Shown here in pieces: positions 1 to 12,999 of a stretch of DNA of 64,000 bases. The notes below the pieces were generated by a model. It was not told the origin of the DNA. It ran no database searches and worked only from the letters and a program-made list of their open reading frames with translations. Position 1 is the first letter of the stretch. Each line of letters starts with the position of its first letter. Origin of the DNA: Octopus bimaculoides (taxonomy: Eukaryota); assembly GCF_001194135.2 (NCBI RefSeq), contig NC_068984.1:20561921-20625920 (forward strand), given 5' to 3'. The translations under genes were made by a program, and so were the position numbers.

Positions 1-53
<53 letters not shown>

Positions 54-370
54 TACATATCTATCTATATATATATTTAATATATCTTAAACATGTATAT
101 GTTTGTGAGGTGCATGGAAATAATAATTCAAATGGCGTTCATATAATATGCTTCTGTATTAGTTATATATATATGTCTGTTGCTGTCATTAATGAGTGCC
201 TACATTAAACATAAGCAGTCAATTTCACATCTTTGATTTTTTTACAATCACAATATACACATACATATCCACACACACACACATATATACCAGGAGTTTC
301 ATAAGTCAAGTAGTACTTAGTATTATATCAATGTCTAAATACTGCCTTACTTACATATTATATATGTGTA

Positions 371-423
<53 letters not shown>

Positions 424-1985
424 NNNNNNNNNNGGTACGTATGTGCATATGTATAAATGTGTGTGTGTGTGTGTGTAAATTACACAGGCACACAAAGTGT
501 TATAACAGTCAAGTAGTAGATAAGATGCCAGTCTCTCAGTTGAAAGGTTATGAGTTCGTATCCTAACACTGGTACTGAGCTGCACTCATGTGTCGTTTAG
601 GCAAGGCACTGAACTCTGCCAGAGCTTAATCCACCCAAGTGAAATTAGGTACCATGGGTAAACACAGACTGCTACAGAAATGATCATACACTACATAGAA
701 GACTGAATTCAAATCAAGAAGGGGTTAAGTTAGAAGAAACTCATTCTGAAACATATTCCGTTTAAAATGAGCAACAAACTAGATCTAAGAGGAAATTTGA
801 TTGTCATGGAAACCATACCACTAGACATTGATCTTCCTCAGTTAAAAATAATAGTGCTGTTATTGTTTGTACATCTGTCTCACCACTGCAAAATGACATT
901 TGGCTGATGAATGGTTAAGCTCAATGTTCTGTGACAATAGCTACATGAAAACATACCACACACACACACACACACAGCCAGTCATAGTTCATACACTAAT
1001 GAGCACAGTAAATCAGCAATTATTCTACAATCTTCAATGAACAAAAAAAAAAAAAAAAAAAAAAAAAACTTTAAGAACTCAAAGTAAGCTAAGAGAGTGA
1101 AAAGAATATCTGTGTAGGTATATATAGTGTGGTAAATTTTGACAAGGTTGGCAGGAGTAGACAATAAGTTCTCATGTATGCAAGGGAAATTTTTGACACG
1201 TTCACAAGTTTTCTAAGTAGAAACTAATAAAACATAAGTAGTGCTATGTATAAACAAAAACAAATAAAGGATTATTTGATGCTACGACAGTGTTTCCTTG
1301 CTCAAAATCAATCTTGGTGGGAATTGTACCCCTAAAGAATAGTTTGTCTCATTTACATTGTCTTTCTGAAAATTTGTCAAGTGGCAAATAATTCTATGGA
1401 AGCAAAAATTAATAAATAATTTTAAAAATATAATGCTGATAATAATAATAATGATGATGATGATGATGATGGTGGTCATTACAATATTGATCTTTTTCTT
1501 TTTGTCAATGGAAATGGACCAAAGTCTTAGAATTAAATTCTTCATTAGCAAGCTCTTTGAACATGATGTTCCCAAAGAGGGGAAAAAAAAGTTCCTTTAG
1601 TCAAAATGGTAAGTTCACTTGAGTTTAGATATTTAGAGGGGCCATATTTTGTGGAAATATCTACATATACAAAATGGTACTGAAATAGCAAGGAATTATA
1701 TATGCTAAGAAAAGAAATTAGGAAAAAAAAAAAAAATTATGAAATGCAAGTTTTCAAACCGAAATATGGTAGAGAAAACTGTGAAGGACTTAATTATTAC
1801 AAATCTATAGCAAAGAATAATATTCCTTATAATTAATACCTTTGGATGTTATGAATGAAAAAAAAAACGTGGTGTTGCTGTAACACTGGGTATTTGGCAC
1901 AACTTCTATTGAAATTAACTGCTTTAAAATATAAAGGAAAGAGACTAACAGCCTGTATGTGTGTATATTGATATTATGTATCAAG

Positions 1986-2220
1986 ATGGATAGACATGAC
2001 TCAGCTTGTGTAATTGATCTAACTTATGGATAAAACATAACCCATCTGGAGTAATTAATCTACCAGTATGGGTAGACATGACCCAGTTAGAGTATATCAT
2101 TTGACTTATAGTCAGGCATGATTAGCTTGAAAAACTAATCAATCAATGTGAGTGGACATGACCCAGCTAGAGTGAGGTCTACACACAAGACATGGCTTAG
2201 CAAGACTAATGAATCTGGTT
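1986..2220. repeat. Degenerate minisatellite, ~40-bp unit, about 6 copies
   Basis: Recurrent ATGGATAGACATGAC(T/C)CAG(C/T)T..GAGTA..T.ATCTA.C units. Confidence 0.7.
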
Positions 2221-4869
2221 TGCAACCTAAATGAAATTTTGAAAGTGATTACCAAAAATCAACCTAAACGGATCATCTTCTAGATTCAGCTTGATAAATC
2301 TCAAAAGACAGAGACTGTTGAACTAAATGATGATGGTTATGATAATAGTAATAATAATAGTACAAATTATTATTGCTATGAATAAAAGTAAATAGTAACA
2401 TTAACTTAGTATTGCAAAATTACCAGCTTATTTCAGGAGCATTTGATAACCTCATTTTCCTTATTGATCAGTAACTCAATGACAAGGAGAAACGGTAGGA
2501 AAATTGAAATACAAAAGGCACTTAGTGGGCACCAATTCATGAGATCTTTTAGTTTTTTGTTTTTGTTGTTCTTTTCAATTTTCAAATAACAAGGAATGAC
2601 CTACTGAGAATATTGTTTCCACATGACAGAGAATATTGTTTCAAATTTTTTTTTTTAAATGCCCTAGGAGTTGTCCTCTGACATTAATTCATTATAATTT
2701 AACTTTGAATTTGACAACCAAACTCAATTAATTAATTTTAATTGTTCAATTATTAAATTTCATTTAATTTTCCCACGCTTTCAATCAACAAGTCAATACA
2801 AATCATAGCATTCTTATGTGAACTTCAATAAGTGAGCACCGTATACTTGAGTTTGCATGAGTGTGTGTACATGAATATGTGTACATGTGTGTGTGTGTGT
2901 GTGTGTGCATGTCAGCATAAATGTCTGGACAGATTATTTGATAAACGTATAGAGAGGTTCATGTGAAAGACTGAAAAAAGTACAGGAACTTGAAGAAACT
3001 GCTGTTAAAAAGAAGGATTTCCATATGTTCATTAATGGACAGAATCTGGAGACTCGAGTCAAGTGCATTGATGTTCAGATAATAGTACAATGCAGTGAAC
3101 TCTTAACTTTAAACTGAGAACAGATTTGGATGCAAGAAGTAGACAGGGTAAAGATAAATATGGATAGATGGCACACTGTGTCTCGTTTCTTTACACCCAC
3201 ATACACACTTCTAAGTATAAATGTATACAAATTATCATAAACATATGTCTGTATGTATACAATTTTTGATTCAGACATATCAATACATATCAATATTACA
3301 ATATATATATATATCATAATCAGAAACATTTGCACTCATACACAAGTATATAATTAAAAAAATATAATAGGATACACACATGCATACATATATATGCATC
3401 TATCTATCTATCTAGATATATTTATATATATAAATATAATCTTTTACCTTTTTCAGTTATTGGACTGCAGTCAGGTTGGGGCACCATCTTGAAGGGTCTT
3501 ATTGAACAAATTGACCACATTAGTTATATTTTTTAAAACTTAGTACTTATTCTATTGGTCTCCTTTTGCTGAAATGCTAACTTATGGGAAAGTAGACAAA
3601 CCAACACCGGTTGTCAAGTGGTTGTGGAGAAATACAAACACAAACATACACACAAATATTTGTATGCATGTATGTGCCAATGTATGTACTTAGCTATAAT
3701 ATTGAGTATCTTATATCAATCACGTAATAAAAAGAAACAACTGATACTCAAATTGTAAATCTATGTCCAAAGAAAAAATATGAATTAAAATCAGATTTGG
3801 AACAATGGTCTTTACCAGTCAAAATTTCTATTGATTGAGAAAAGGAATCCAAGCATTTGGAAGTTTTATTCTGAATAAATATTTCACAACATAAATTTAT
3901 CTAAGATTTCAAACGTAACTTAATTTTAACTAGTTAACAATTCTTTAGAATGTAAGTGTTTCTTTTGTTTTTCATTTTTAATCAGCAATTGTTTCTTTTA
4001 ATGACAATCAATTATCTAAAACATTAGTTGATATCTAAACTGACATATGTCAATGCAAGAAAATTGAGAATATAAATGCTAGGATAACATTAATAGGCTC
4101 TCCAAATGAGCTTTCATTTTAACTTGCTGCGTATGCTAGACTAGGTAGGAATGAACTGTATATGATTTATAATATAACTATATTTTATTAGCATTGAAAG
4201 AGATATTTATATTAAGTAGTTAGTTATTGTATTTTTGTACAAGAATTCTGAAAAATGAGTTTCTTTAGTACATTAGGTACAATTCATCTTTCATTGTTTG
4301 AAATCAATCCACCAGTGTACCAAAGCTGACTTCTTTTCCATTGATCAAAGGATGAAACTGTCAAATCATCTGTATATTGCAGGTGATAAGTTTATATCTG
4401 AAATCATCAGATTCTCAAAACTATAGGAAAAATTCTATGGAAGGCAGACGAGAGTGTATAAGTACTCTGATATTCCCTTTGGCACTATCCACAGGTCAAA
4501 AATCTTCCCATCTGATTCTAGCAGTTATAGCTAGACTTCACAGAATAATAATAACTGTTTATTTCAAGCGTTTATAGTGATCAATATATTACTATGATTT
4601 TAGAATGAATGAGTTAGTATCTAATAATATAAAAAAATAAATTATCTACTCCTCTTCACAAAGGCTTTGCTATAAAGTAACTTGGAGAGGATAGATACTG
4701 ACAAAAAAAGTTTACTTGCTTTGATTACAAGATGATATGGTTAAGTTAATGAAAGAAATTTTGGGTGAAATGAAAGTGAAGTTCAGACAAATCAAAGTGA
4801 ACAATGAAAGTGTTATTGCCTGAATTCTATTCCTCTCCGAGCCATTTAGAGCAAAGACCCCAAACAAAA

Positions 4870-4919
4870 ATGAAAACTGCAAAGTGCTACACTTGTTAAA
4901 CTCAAACATGAACTTTATT
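4870..4919 (-). terminator. Candidate Spred polyadenylation signal (AATAAA at 4919-4914) with downstream U/GU-rich element
   Basis: Minus strand AAAAAATAAAGTTCATGTTTGAGTTTAACAAGTGTAGCACTTTGCAGTTTTCATTTTTGTTTGGGG would give a ~1.4-kb 3' UTR. Other AATAAA hexamers exist, so this site is not unique. Confidence 0.35.
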
Positions 4920-5249
4920 TTTTTCCCTTCTCAGGAACACCACATACTAAATCTTGTTTTTCACAGAGAAGAGTTCCAATAATATCAATGTCAAGTAAAA
5001 CAAAGTTACCTTTCTTGGTACTTGTGAATTTAATATGTAACTGTATATATATATAAATTTAGAAAGTAAGATGCATAACAAGACTTCATATTTATGCAGT
5101 TCTGTGTATTTTCTATATAGGAAATATATGTATACATATCTAAATGCATATATATCCACACACAAGCATGTAAATAATGAACGTGAGTATTTGTGGGTAT
5201 GTGTGATTCTTTTGTATTGTTTAAATGAATATACACTTGTATTTGTAAG

Positions 5250-5511
5250 AAATGTCTGTGTATGTATGTATATACAAATATTTATACACAAATATGTATA
5301 TAAGTATGCATATATATATATATATGTATGTATGTATATACATGTACATATATACACACATACATATATATATATGCATATGTATATATATATGTGCGTG
5401 TGTGTGTGTATGTATATATATATATACACATACACACACACACAGAAAACATATATACAAATATATATGTGCGTGTGAATGAATATACAAAAGTATGTGA
5501 GTGTGTGTGTG

Positions 5512-5545
<34 letters not shown>

Positions 5546-5760
5546 NNNNNNNNNNATATATATATATATATATATATATATAAACACACACATACACATA
5601 CATATTTATATCTGTAAATATGCAGAGTGCGTGTTTTTGTGTGCTTGTATGTGTATATACATGCAGTTATATCCTTATGTATACATATCCATATTTTTCT
5701 TATAATTTGTAGAACACACACATACATACACACACACATGCACGCACACACACATATTTG
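5250..5760. repeat. Compound (TA)n/(TG)n/(CA)n microsatellite field; representative of many such fields (1-60, 361-480, 7915-8175, 22205-22245, 22575-22715, 34260-34320, 34865-35035, 45540-45655, 52330-52415)
   Basis: Seen directly. These fields produce the [12 protein letters not shown] pseudo-ORFs in the track. Confidence 0.95.
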
Positions 5761-6290
5761 TTTTTATGCTTCATCTCTTGCTTTTCAATATAATATTATT
5801 TACTTAACTCTTTCAAATTAATCTTATACATCCACTACCATGTAATTTCATTCAATTTTATTCCAAAATACCTTCTTCATTTCTTTACATACCAAATATC
5901 ATCTTTATTTCTTTTACTCTGTTACTTATTTATTTATTTATTGGGGCTGGGGGGAAATGCTTCTCTGTCTTCAACTTAAGAAATGGAGGAGGTAAAAAAA
6001 TTACTCACTTTTTCTCACACCTCACTCAATTCTCTCTTTTTCTCTCTCTCACACTTTCAAATCATCCCATATTTTGTTTTATTTTCGTCTTTTCTGTAAC
6101 ATTGTATGTATGTGTGTGTAATTTTATATATATATATATATATATTAGCACATTCTATGTGGTCTTTGTTTCATTAAACAAGTGCTGATTCCACCTGCTA
6201 ACATCATTTCCACAAGTGCATGTCCTACACTCAAGTGTATAACTTACTGCTGTCACTGTATCAAGAATGTGGTGACAGCAGTAACCACTC

Positions 6291-7190
6291 TCAATGCTCT
6301 CCACCAGCAAGATGACGACCTCCACAGCAGCCAGACTTTTTGCCACACATATGGCAGCTAAACAGAGGCCAATAGCACCAGATGCATGGTAATAAAAAGG
6401 ACAGAAATGTCAACATTGTCCATTTTTTACAATTGTTATCGTCCTGAAAATCACAAATGCATGTATGTGTGTACTCCCCTTCTGTGTCTGACATACAGTG
6501 ATAGATAACACCAGTTGCGCACGTGACACAGCTTACATGTTCAATGCAACTCTTAACTCGGTCAGGTGCATACTGACAGCTCCCTCTGGAGTTGTTTTCC
6601 ACTGAGAAATTCTCTTGACAATATTTACAGGTGGACATTGGGCTGAGAAGCTTATTTGATTGATGGTTTCCTTTCTGGCGATCTTTTTTCCTTTTGCTTT
6701 TCTCTGGCAATGGAGGACCATAACTACTGACAGCATGCCGTTTGAGATCTGGAGGGTGGCGAACTATCTCAAGATTGGGATAGTGATAATCATGATTCTG
6801 GTGTCTGGAAAACGTGACATAAGAATATCTGTCCGACATGCCAACATTGTCCGGCTCTAGAAGGGCAACTTCCGATTTTCCACTGATAGAGACAGGTTCA
6901 TCTTTTATACAGTTATCATCTTTTCCAAAACTGCTAGTCTCAATGCTGTCAGATTTGCTAAAGCTTTTTTCTTCACTTGGAGAGGAAGCTGGATTTGTAC
7001 AAGGGGTGTGGAGGCTAGGTATGTAAATGCGATGCAAATGGTTTTTCGTAGTTGAGTCGATGAAATGCTCATGCGTTGGTGATGTTGATGAGACAGGTGA
7101 TGAACAGAGTGCTGGACTGCTAGTTGTTGTTGATGTGGTACTTGCAGACTGAGATGAGCTGTTTTTACGGTCAAGGGGAAGATCTATAGG
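6291..7190 (-). CDS. Spred: Spred terminal coding exon: Ser/Thr-rich linker plus cysteine-rich Sprouty (SPR) domain and stop codon
   Basis: Translation contains CKYCQENF..NSRGSCQYAPD..SCIEHVSCVTCATGVIYHCMSDTEGEY..CIC..WTMLTFLSFLLPCIWCYWPLFSCHMCGKKSGCCGGRH, which matches the SPR domain of SPRED proteins. A polypyrimidine tract and the first downstream AG (minus strand ...ttcttccactgcattgctgaaacactatgcag|CCT) place the acceptor at 7190, phase 0, so the ORF-track Met-Gln at 7196-7191 is intronic. TGA at 6293-6291. Confidence 0.96.
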   Translation of the reverse strand, partial: PIDLPLDRKNSSSQSASTTSTTTSSPALCSSPVSSTSPTHEHFIDSTTKNHLHRIYIPSLHTPCTNPASSPSEEKSFSKSDSIETSSFGKDDNCIKDEPVSISGKSEVALLEPDNVGMSDRYSYVTFSRHQNHDYHYPNLEIVRHPPDLKRHAVSSYGPPLPEKSKRKKDRQKGNHQSNKLLSPMSTCKYCQENFSVENNSRGSCQYAPDRVKSCIEHVSCVTCATGVIYHCMSDTEGEYTHTCICDFQDDNNCKKWTMLTFLSFLLPCIWCYWPLFSCHMCGKKSGCCGGRHLAGGEH

Positions 7191-8008
7191 CTGCATAGTG
7201 TTTCAGCAATGCAGTGGAAGAAAAAAAGAAATAAAAGGAAAAATTTAGCAACAGGTATTGTAAAAGTAAAACAAACACAAAACATAAAACCTTAATCAGA
7301 AACCACAATAATATACAAATATATCCCCACTTATTTCACCTAAACTTTTCTACATAGTGCCATCAAATCTCTTGTTCAATCCTCATTCATTATACAATTT
7401 AATCATCCCCTGCCCTACCCCATATCTAACCATCCAGTTCTTTTGATCCCAGTGCCCTCCCTAACACCTAACATCACCATCTTTACCTTTCTTTTCAGCT
7501 CTACCCTAATTACCTCCACCCACTCTTGTATAATACAAGTAGCCATGCAGCCTCTCAAAAATAAGAAACCAGTTCTGACCTCTTCCTTCATGCTCTAACC
7601 TTTCGTCACCTTATATAAAGCTGCTTCCCTCTTCACTGTAGTTCCACTCAGATGAAGAGGCGCTTAGTCTTGTGAGTCCCATGGCAACTTCACTAGTGCT
7701 GGTGTCATGAAAAATGCATCTGGTTCACTCTGTGAAGAGTTTGGCTTTAGGAATGGCATCCAGTTATAAAAAGTATGTCAACAACAACATTGGAGCACAA
7801 TGCAGTATGGAAGATGGATATTAACAGATGATGATGATGTCAAAAACTACTTAGAGCCATGAAATATATATCATCATCATATTTCACTATTCTTGACCTA
7901 ACTGTTACCATACATATGTATGTGTGTGTGTGTGTGTATGTGTGTGTGTGTATGTGTGTGTGTGTGTGTGTATGTGTGTGTGTGTATGTGTGTGTGTGTA
8001 TGTGTAAG

Positions 8009-8079
<71 letters not shown>

Positions 8080-9799
8080 ATATATATATATATATATACA
8101 TATACACACACAAACATACATATACATATATATATGCTTATATATGTGTGCATGCACACACACACACACACATAAGAATGATTTCTCACTGCCTCCTCTA
8201 CTAAGCATAAAACTAGAAAAGTTTAAGAGCAGCAGAACATTATTGTGGTATCAAAAGATTTCCTATGTGCTTTAACACCGAGCAATTTACAGTGGAATAT
8301 AACTGACAGTATTGTCATGACATTGACCATACAGAGTTTCTCACAACTGCACATGCAAAATAGGGATAATGAAATGCATGTATTTAGGGTATATAGTCAA
8401 TGGAATAACACACAGATCAGAAGGTAAAGCAAACTAAAACAAGATTTGAACTCAGAATGTATACAGATTCAACTCAAGCATTTAATAAATGTTGGGTCAT
8501 AAGGCAACCCCAGTTAAGTAAGCAATGGTTAAATGCATTCCATGATCATCTCACTTTTTTATGAGTATGTAAGACTGTGTACGTCAATGTTGCCTTTCCT
8601 TATACAACAAAATAGGGGATGATTTGGAGATTTAGTTGCTATTTCTAGCAGGTCAAGCAACCATGTAAAATTCCCTTGATGGCTCATATGGTGCTGGGGT
8701 AAAATATTGATGCACTTTGAGCCAATGTGTAAGGTTCTATGCAAACATATGCTCTGCTACAAGTAGCAGCCAACTCACTCACAAAAGTCTTAAAAAGGAA
8801 GGGCACATTGGGTAATTAATGTGATCTTGGAAGTGGTTAATAGCTAGAAAACTTAAGCTTATAGATCTGTTTAGTCAAAGTTGACTTGGAACTAAACAAC
8901 AACAGCAGCTGCATTAACCAAAATACTAGTGCTGAGCATATTGCACTGGGACAGAACATACTGTATTTGGTTAACCAATCTGATGTTATGCTCTTTAACT
9001 AGATACTACTGTGGTCAGCAGTACAACAAGGCAATTTCCAAGTTTGTACAACTCAGGAGAATAAATTCCATGCAACATACAGTATTTGTACCTGTTAGCA
9101 TGGTTTGGGAATGAGATTTTATTTGAGGCAGGATTATCTTACAGCTGGATGTTCTTCCTGTCTGTTTTTTTCAAGTAAGGGATTTCTTTATTCCACAGGT
9201 CTTCAAACATGCAGAGTGACCAGCCATAATGTGTACAAGAATGTCAACATCAGTGGACAAATGTGGAATATATAATCACTGATACACATTTGTGTGTGCA
9301 TGCACACACACACACACACACACTGGTCTTCCTACAGTTTCTGTCTACCAAATTCCCTCACATGGCATTGGCTGGTTAGCAGCTGTAGTGCAAAATACTT
9401 AATTAAAGTACCACACAGTGGGACTAAAACCCTTAAACCAGCTTGTGAAATGAACTTCTTAACCATGCAGCCATGCCTATTACAGTATAATTATTTTGAG
9501 TAAGTTTTTTATGCTCACTTCATTAAATAAGCTAATAGTAATTTAATTATAGTAAGTCAGTCATAAGTTCTTTTACAGCCACAGGTATTGTGCCGAATCA
9601 CTGATGAAAGCACCCAGTTCTAGTTTTGAGACTGCACTAATTTTCTAATTCGGTTGTACACGCACTTCTGGATCACAGTGATACAACAGCTGGTTCAAAG
9701 CAGGTGGTTAAGGACTATGCTTACTACTGAAGAAGACCCAAACCCTCGATATTTACAAAAATGATCAGCTAGGCTAGCTTGTTTTGACTGATAACTTAC
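7191..9799 (-). other. Spred: Last Spred coding-region intron (2609 bp)
   Basis: GTAAGT donor starting at 9799; CAG acceptor ending at 7191. Confidence 0.9.
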
Positions 9800-9852
9800 C
9801 TCAAATACATCATCATCTCCCTCTAAAGTAATGTTGGAAGGATCCACAGAAC
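9800..9852 (-). CDS. Spred: Spred 53-nt internal exon, (G)SVDPSNITLEGDDDVFE
   Basis: Minus strand ttttctatttcag|GTTCTGTGGATCCTTCCAACATTACTTTAGAGGGAGATGATGATGTATTTGAG|gtaagt has canonical splice sites. It bridges the phase-1 donor at 51521 to the phase-0 acceptor at 7190 exactly (1+53=54 nt). GDDDVF matches the post-EVH1 GDDDVF motif of SPRED2-type proteins. Confidence 0.92.
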
Positions 9853-11542
9853 CTGAAATAGAAAAGTAGAAAACAATTTCATATTAAGATTCTTAAAGGC
9901 AGAAGTTTATAAAAAAATTTTTATTGAATAAAAAAAAAGAAGAAAAATGGTCATCAACTGCAAAGGAATAAAACAAAAGTTGTTGCAAGTATTTCCTGTA
10001 AATTAATTAATAATAGCACTCTTTTATAGCCCCCCCCCCCCACTTCTGAGAAAAATCATGTTAGCTATAAACTATTACAATCTTCTGAAAAATATCTGGT
10101 ATTTTCTTTCTTGGAATTGCAGCCCTTTAGAACCTTCTGCAACTCTCAGGAACTTCTTTTCTGTCAGCATTTTTCTCTGACACCAATACCAAAAGTCTTG
10201 AGGTTTGACTTGGATCTACCCAAAATAAATAAATTGCCCCATAAATAAATAAATTAACCTTGATATTACAGGTACTTTGTGGATGCAGCATAGCTGAATA
10301 GTTAAGTTTGGTTTGCAGTTGTGAGGTCCTTGGTTCAGTCTCCCTGCATGATATTCTGAAGATTATGTTAACAGTAAATGTTTCTGTAGAATACTCAACC
10401 ACTTACATACAGATTCAGTTGATCACACAAAAGAATCTGTATGTCAAAACCTACAGAGATCCATTTATGTCATCATGGCTGTTTCAACATCCACTTTTTG
10501 ATGCTTGCATGGATTAAACAAAATTCATTTCAGCAGATTTTCTACGGCTGGATGCTTTTCCTGTCACCAAACCTCATCTGTTCTAAGGTAATATTCCCCC
10601 TAGTCCTTCCAACATAAACAACACATGCCACACATAATTTTACAGAAAAGTGCAAATAAATGACACCAATTGTATAACAGTGAAATTTGTTTACACATAA
10701 TGTGTGTGGATGTCAAGACAAACATGAACACATATACACACATGCACATATATACATACATATAAGGTGGGCTTCTTTCAGTTGTTGAGAAGCAAACTTC
10801 CTTACTTTATTACCCATTCTGTTGAAATATGCTTTCTTTGTTTTAGTTTAATTTTGAAAATAATGAATTTAGTAAACGCTGCTTAACTCTAGTTAAACAA
10901 ACTTATGATCAAAGGCATTCCAACAATGACCATCCTGTCTTTTTAGGATTATTTAGGATTACATGACTTAATATGTTCCTTTTCATTTTTTTTTTCACGA
11001 GAGTAGGATGTGATTTGTAAAAGATTTGACAGCTATTTCTAGCAGATAAAGTAATCATACAGAGAGCCCCTCTTTGGCTTATATTATGGGTAGTGAAGTA
11101 TGATGATATATCTGATATAACCTTTCTTACTTTTTTTTTTGCTATTGATACCCCAACAGAGCAGCATCTTATCAGTGCCATGCAGGATGACACTATAGAG
11201 CTGATGTCAATGCACACACTATACAACTGATGTCAGTTCTTTTTTTTTTTTTGGCTGCTTTTAAATGTCAGCCAATAGGGGTTTTTTAAATGTCAACTCA
11301 TTAACAAGAAAATTCAGTCAAATAACCAACTTCAAACTAACTATAGTACACATAGTTCTCCCACCGTAGACCAATACATATATACTTCATCATACTGTGA
11401 ATCAACCTACTTCTGCATGACACATTGTGCTGTGCAGTTCTAGAAGAGACTTTTACTAATTATCATTACATCTTTCATTCAACAGAAGAGGTAAGACTAA
11501 CAAAGAGAGATTAATTAGTTATTGCTTAATTTGAATCTTCAT

Positions 11543-12027
11543 AGGCACAGGCATGGCTGTGCAGATAAGAAGTTTGTCTCCCAACCACATCATTTTGGTT
11601 TCAGCCGTACTGTGTAGCACCTTAGGTTTCTACTGTAGTTCCATGGCAACTAAAGTTTTCCGAGTGGATTTCATAGATGGAAACTGGAAGAAGCTTGTAT
11701 AGGTGCAGACATGGCCATGAGGTAAGCGGCTTGCTTCTCAACCACACTATATATATATNNNNNNNNNNNNNNNNNNNNNNNNNNNNNNNNNNNNNNNNNN
11801 NNNNNNNNNNNNNNNNNNNNNNNNNNNNNNNNNNNNNNNNNNTATATATATGTATGTATGTATATATGTGTGTGTGTGTGTTTGTATGTTTTTGTGTGGG
11901 TTTGTCCTCCGATCACCACTTGACAACTGGTGTTGGTGTGTTTACGTCACCACAACTTAGCGGTTCAGCAAAAGAGACTGATAGAACAAGTACTGTCAAA
12001 TGACTGAAACAAACAAAAGAATTAAAG
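11543..12027 (+). mobile_element. SINE family C copy spanning an N gap
   Basis: Head at 11543, internal (TA)n/(TG)n, tail ..CTTGACAACTGGTGTTGGTGTGTTTACGTC..TGACTGAAACAAA. Confidence 0.75.
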
Positions 12028-12640
12028 ACAGACTATATGTATGTGCACATCTGTTTAGAGTCCATGATAAAAGCATGTCCAGGCTGTTTGTTGTTTGATA
12101 GACTGTTGAGATTATTACATCTCTTGGAAACAAGCAAGGTTGGCAACACTTATAAATAAATAAAGCTGACCATAAGAAAACTCCACTGAAATGTACTCTG
12201 GTCTGATCCACGCAAGCATGGATAAATTTGATGCTAAAACGATGATGACAGTGATGGTGATGATGATGATCTGGGATTCCCTTCTTACCTATTTTTCTCC
12301 TGGTAACCATCACCTGTGGGTGCAGGAATTGATGAGTGATTAACAAGTTCATTTTGCTACCATAAATCCCAGGCTCACTACTGTGTGGCAAATATTTCAT
12401 GCTTTTAGTTTCCATACCTTTGTATCAGATTTTGATGATGGGAAGGTTTTTTTGTTTGTTTTTTTTGCATAGGCAGTCATTCAGCTTTGGATATGTTCTT
12501 ATGTTTTGAATAAAGTAACCCTAGTCTTGTGCCTAAAATAACAATAAAGTGGTCATGACTGGAAGGACCTCAATCAAAAGTCTTCTCAAAAAGATGAAGG
12601 CAAAGTAGACCCTTGTTTGATTTGAATACTGAATTTTATA

Positions 12641-12897
12641 AAAATAATAAATGCGCCCTTTTAAAGCTTTGCCAGGCTCATGGGTCCTGTTTCCTGGTTT
12701 CAATGGCATATGTGTTCTGCGGCTGGACAGGACGCCAGTCCATCGCAGCGTTACTCACTTTTGCCAGCTGAGTGGACTGGAGCAACGTGAAATGAAGTGT
12801 TTTGCTCAAGAACACAATGTGTTGCCCGGTCCAGGAATCGAAACCACAATCTTACGATCATGATGCTGACATCCTAACTACTAAGCCACGTGCCTCC
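12641..12897 (-). mobile_element. tRNA-derived SINE family B (CORE-like domain), full-length
   Basis: Head GGAGGCACGTGGCTTAGTAGTTAGG..GGTTTCGATTCC (A and B boxes); GTGTTCTTGAGCAAAACACTT core. 13-bp TSD ACTGAATTTTATA at 12628-12640 and 12898-12910. Confidence 0.85.
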
Positions 12898-12999
12898 ACT
12901 GAATTTTATAGGGACTTTTAATTAAGTTAAAGAAGGCATTTAGTTTGTTGCTTGATGGTTTCTGTTTACTCACCAATCCTCTCATAATGATATTTATTT

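Noticed and set aside
4947-5821. Long ORFs rich in YI, HT and CV dipeptides (also near 7840-8275, 22510-22939, 34745-35288)
   Set aside because: Translations of (TA)n, (CA)n and (TG)n microsatellites.
7191-7196. ATG start of the 301-aa ORF as the true start of a Sprouty-like single-exon gene
   Set aside because: The ATGCAG is the 3' splice site, and upstream exons with EVH1 sequence join in frame, so this is Spred rather than Sprouty.
12641-12897. tRNA genes suggested by A-box and B-box motifs
   Set aside because: These are SINE heads: no full cloverleaf, and they are followed by core, tail and TSDs.
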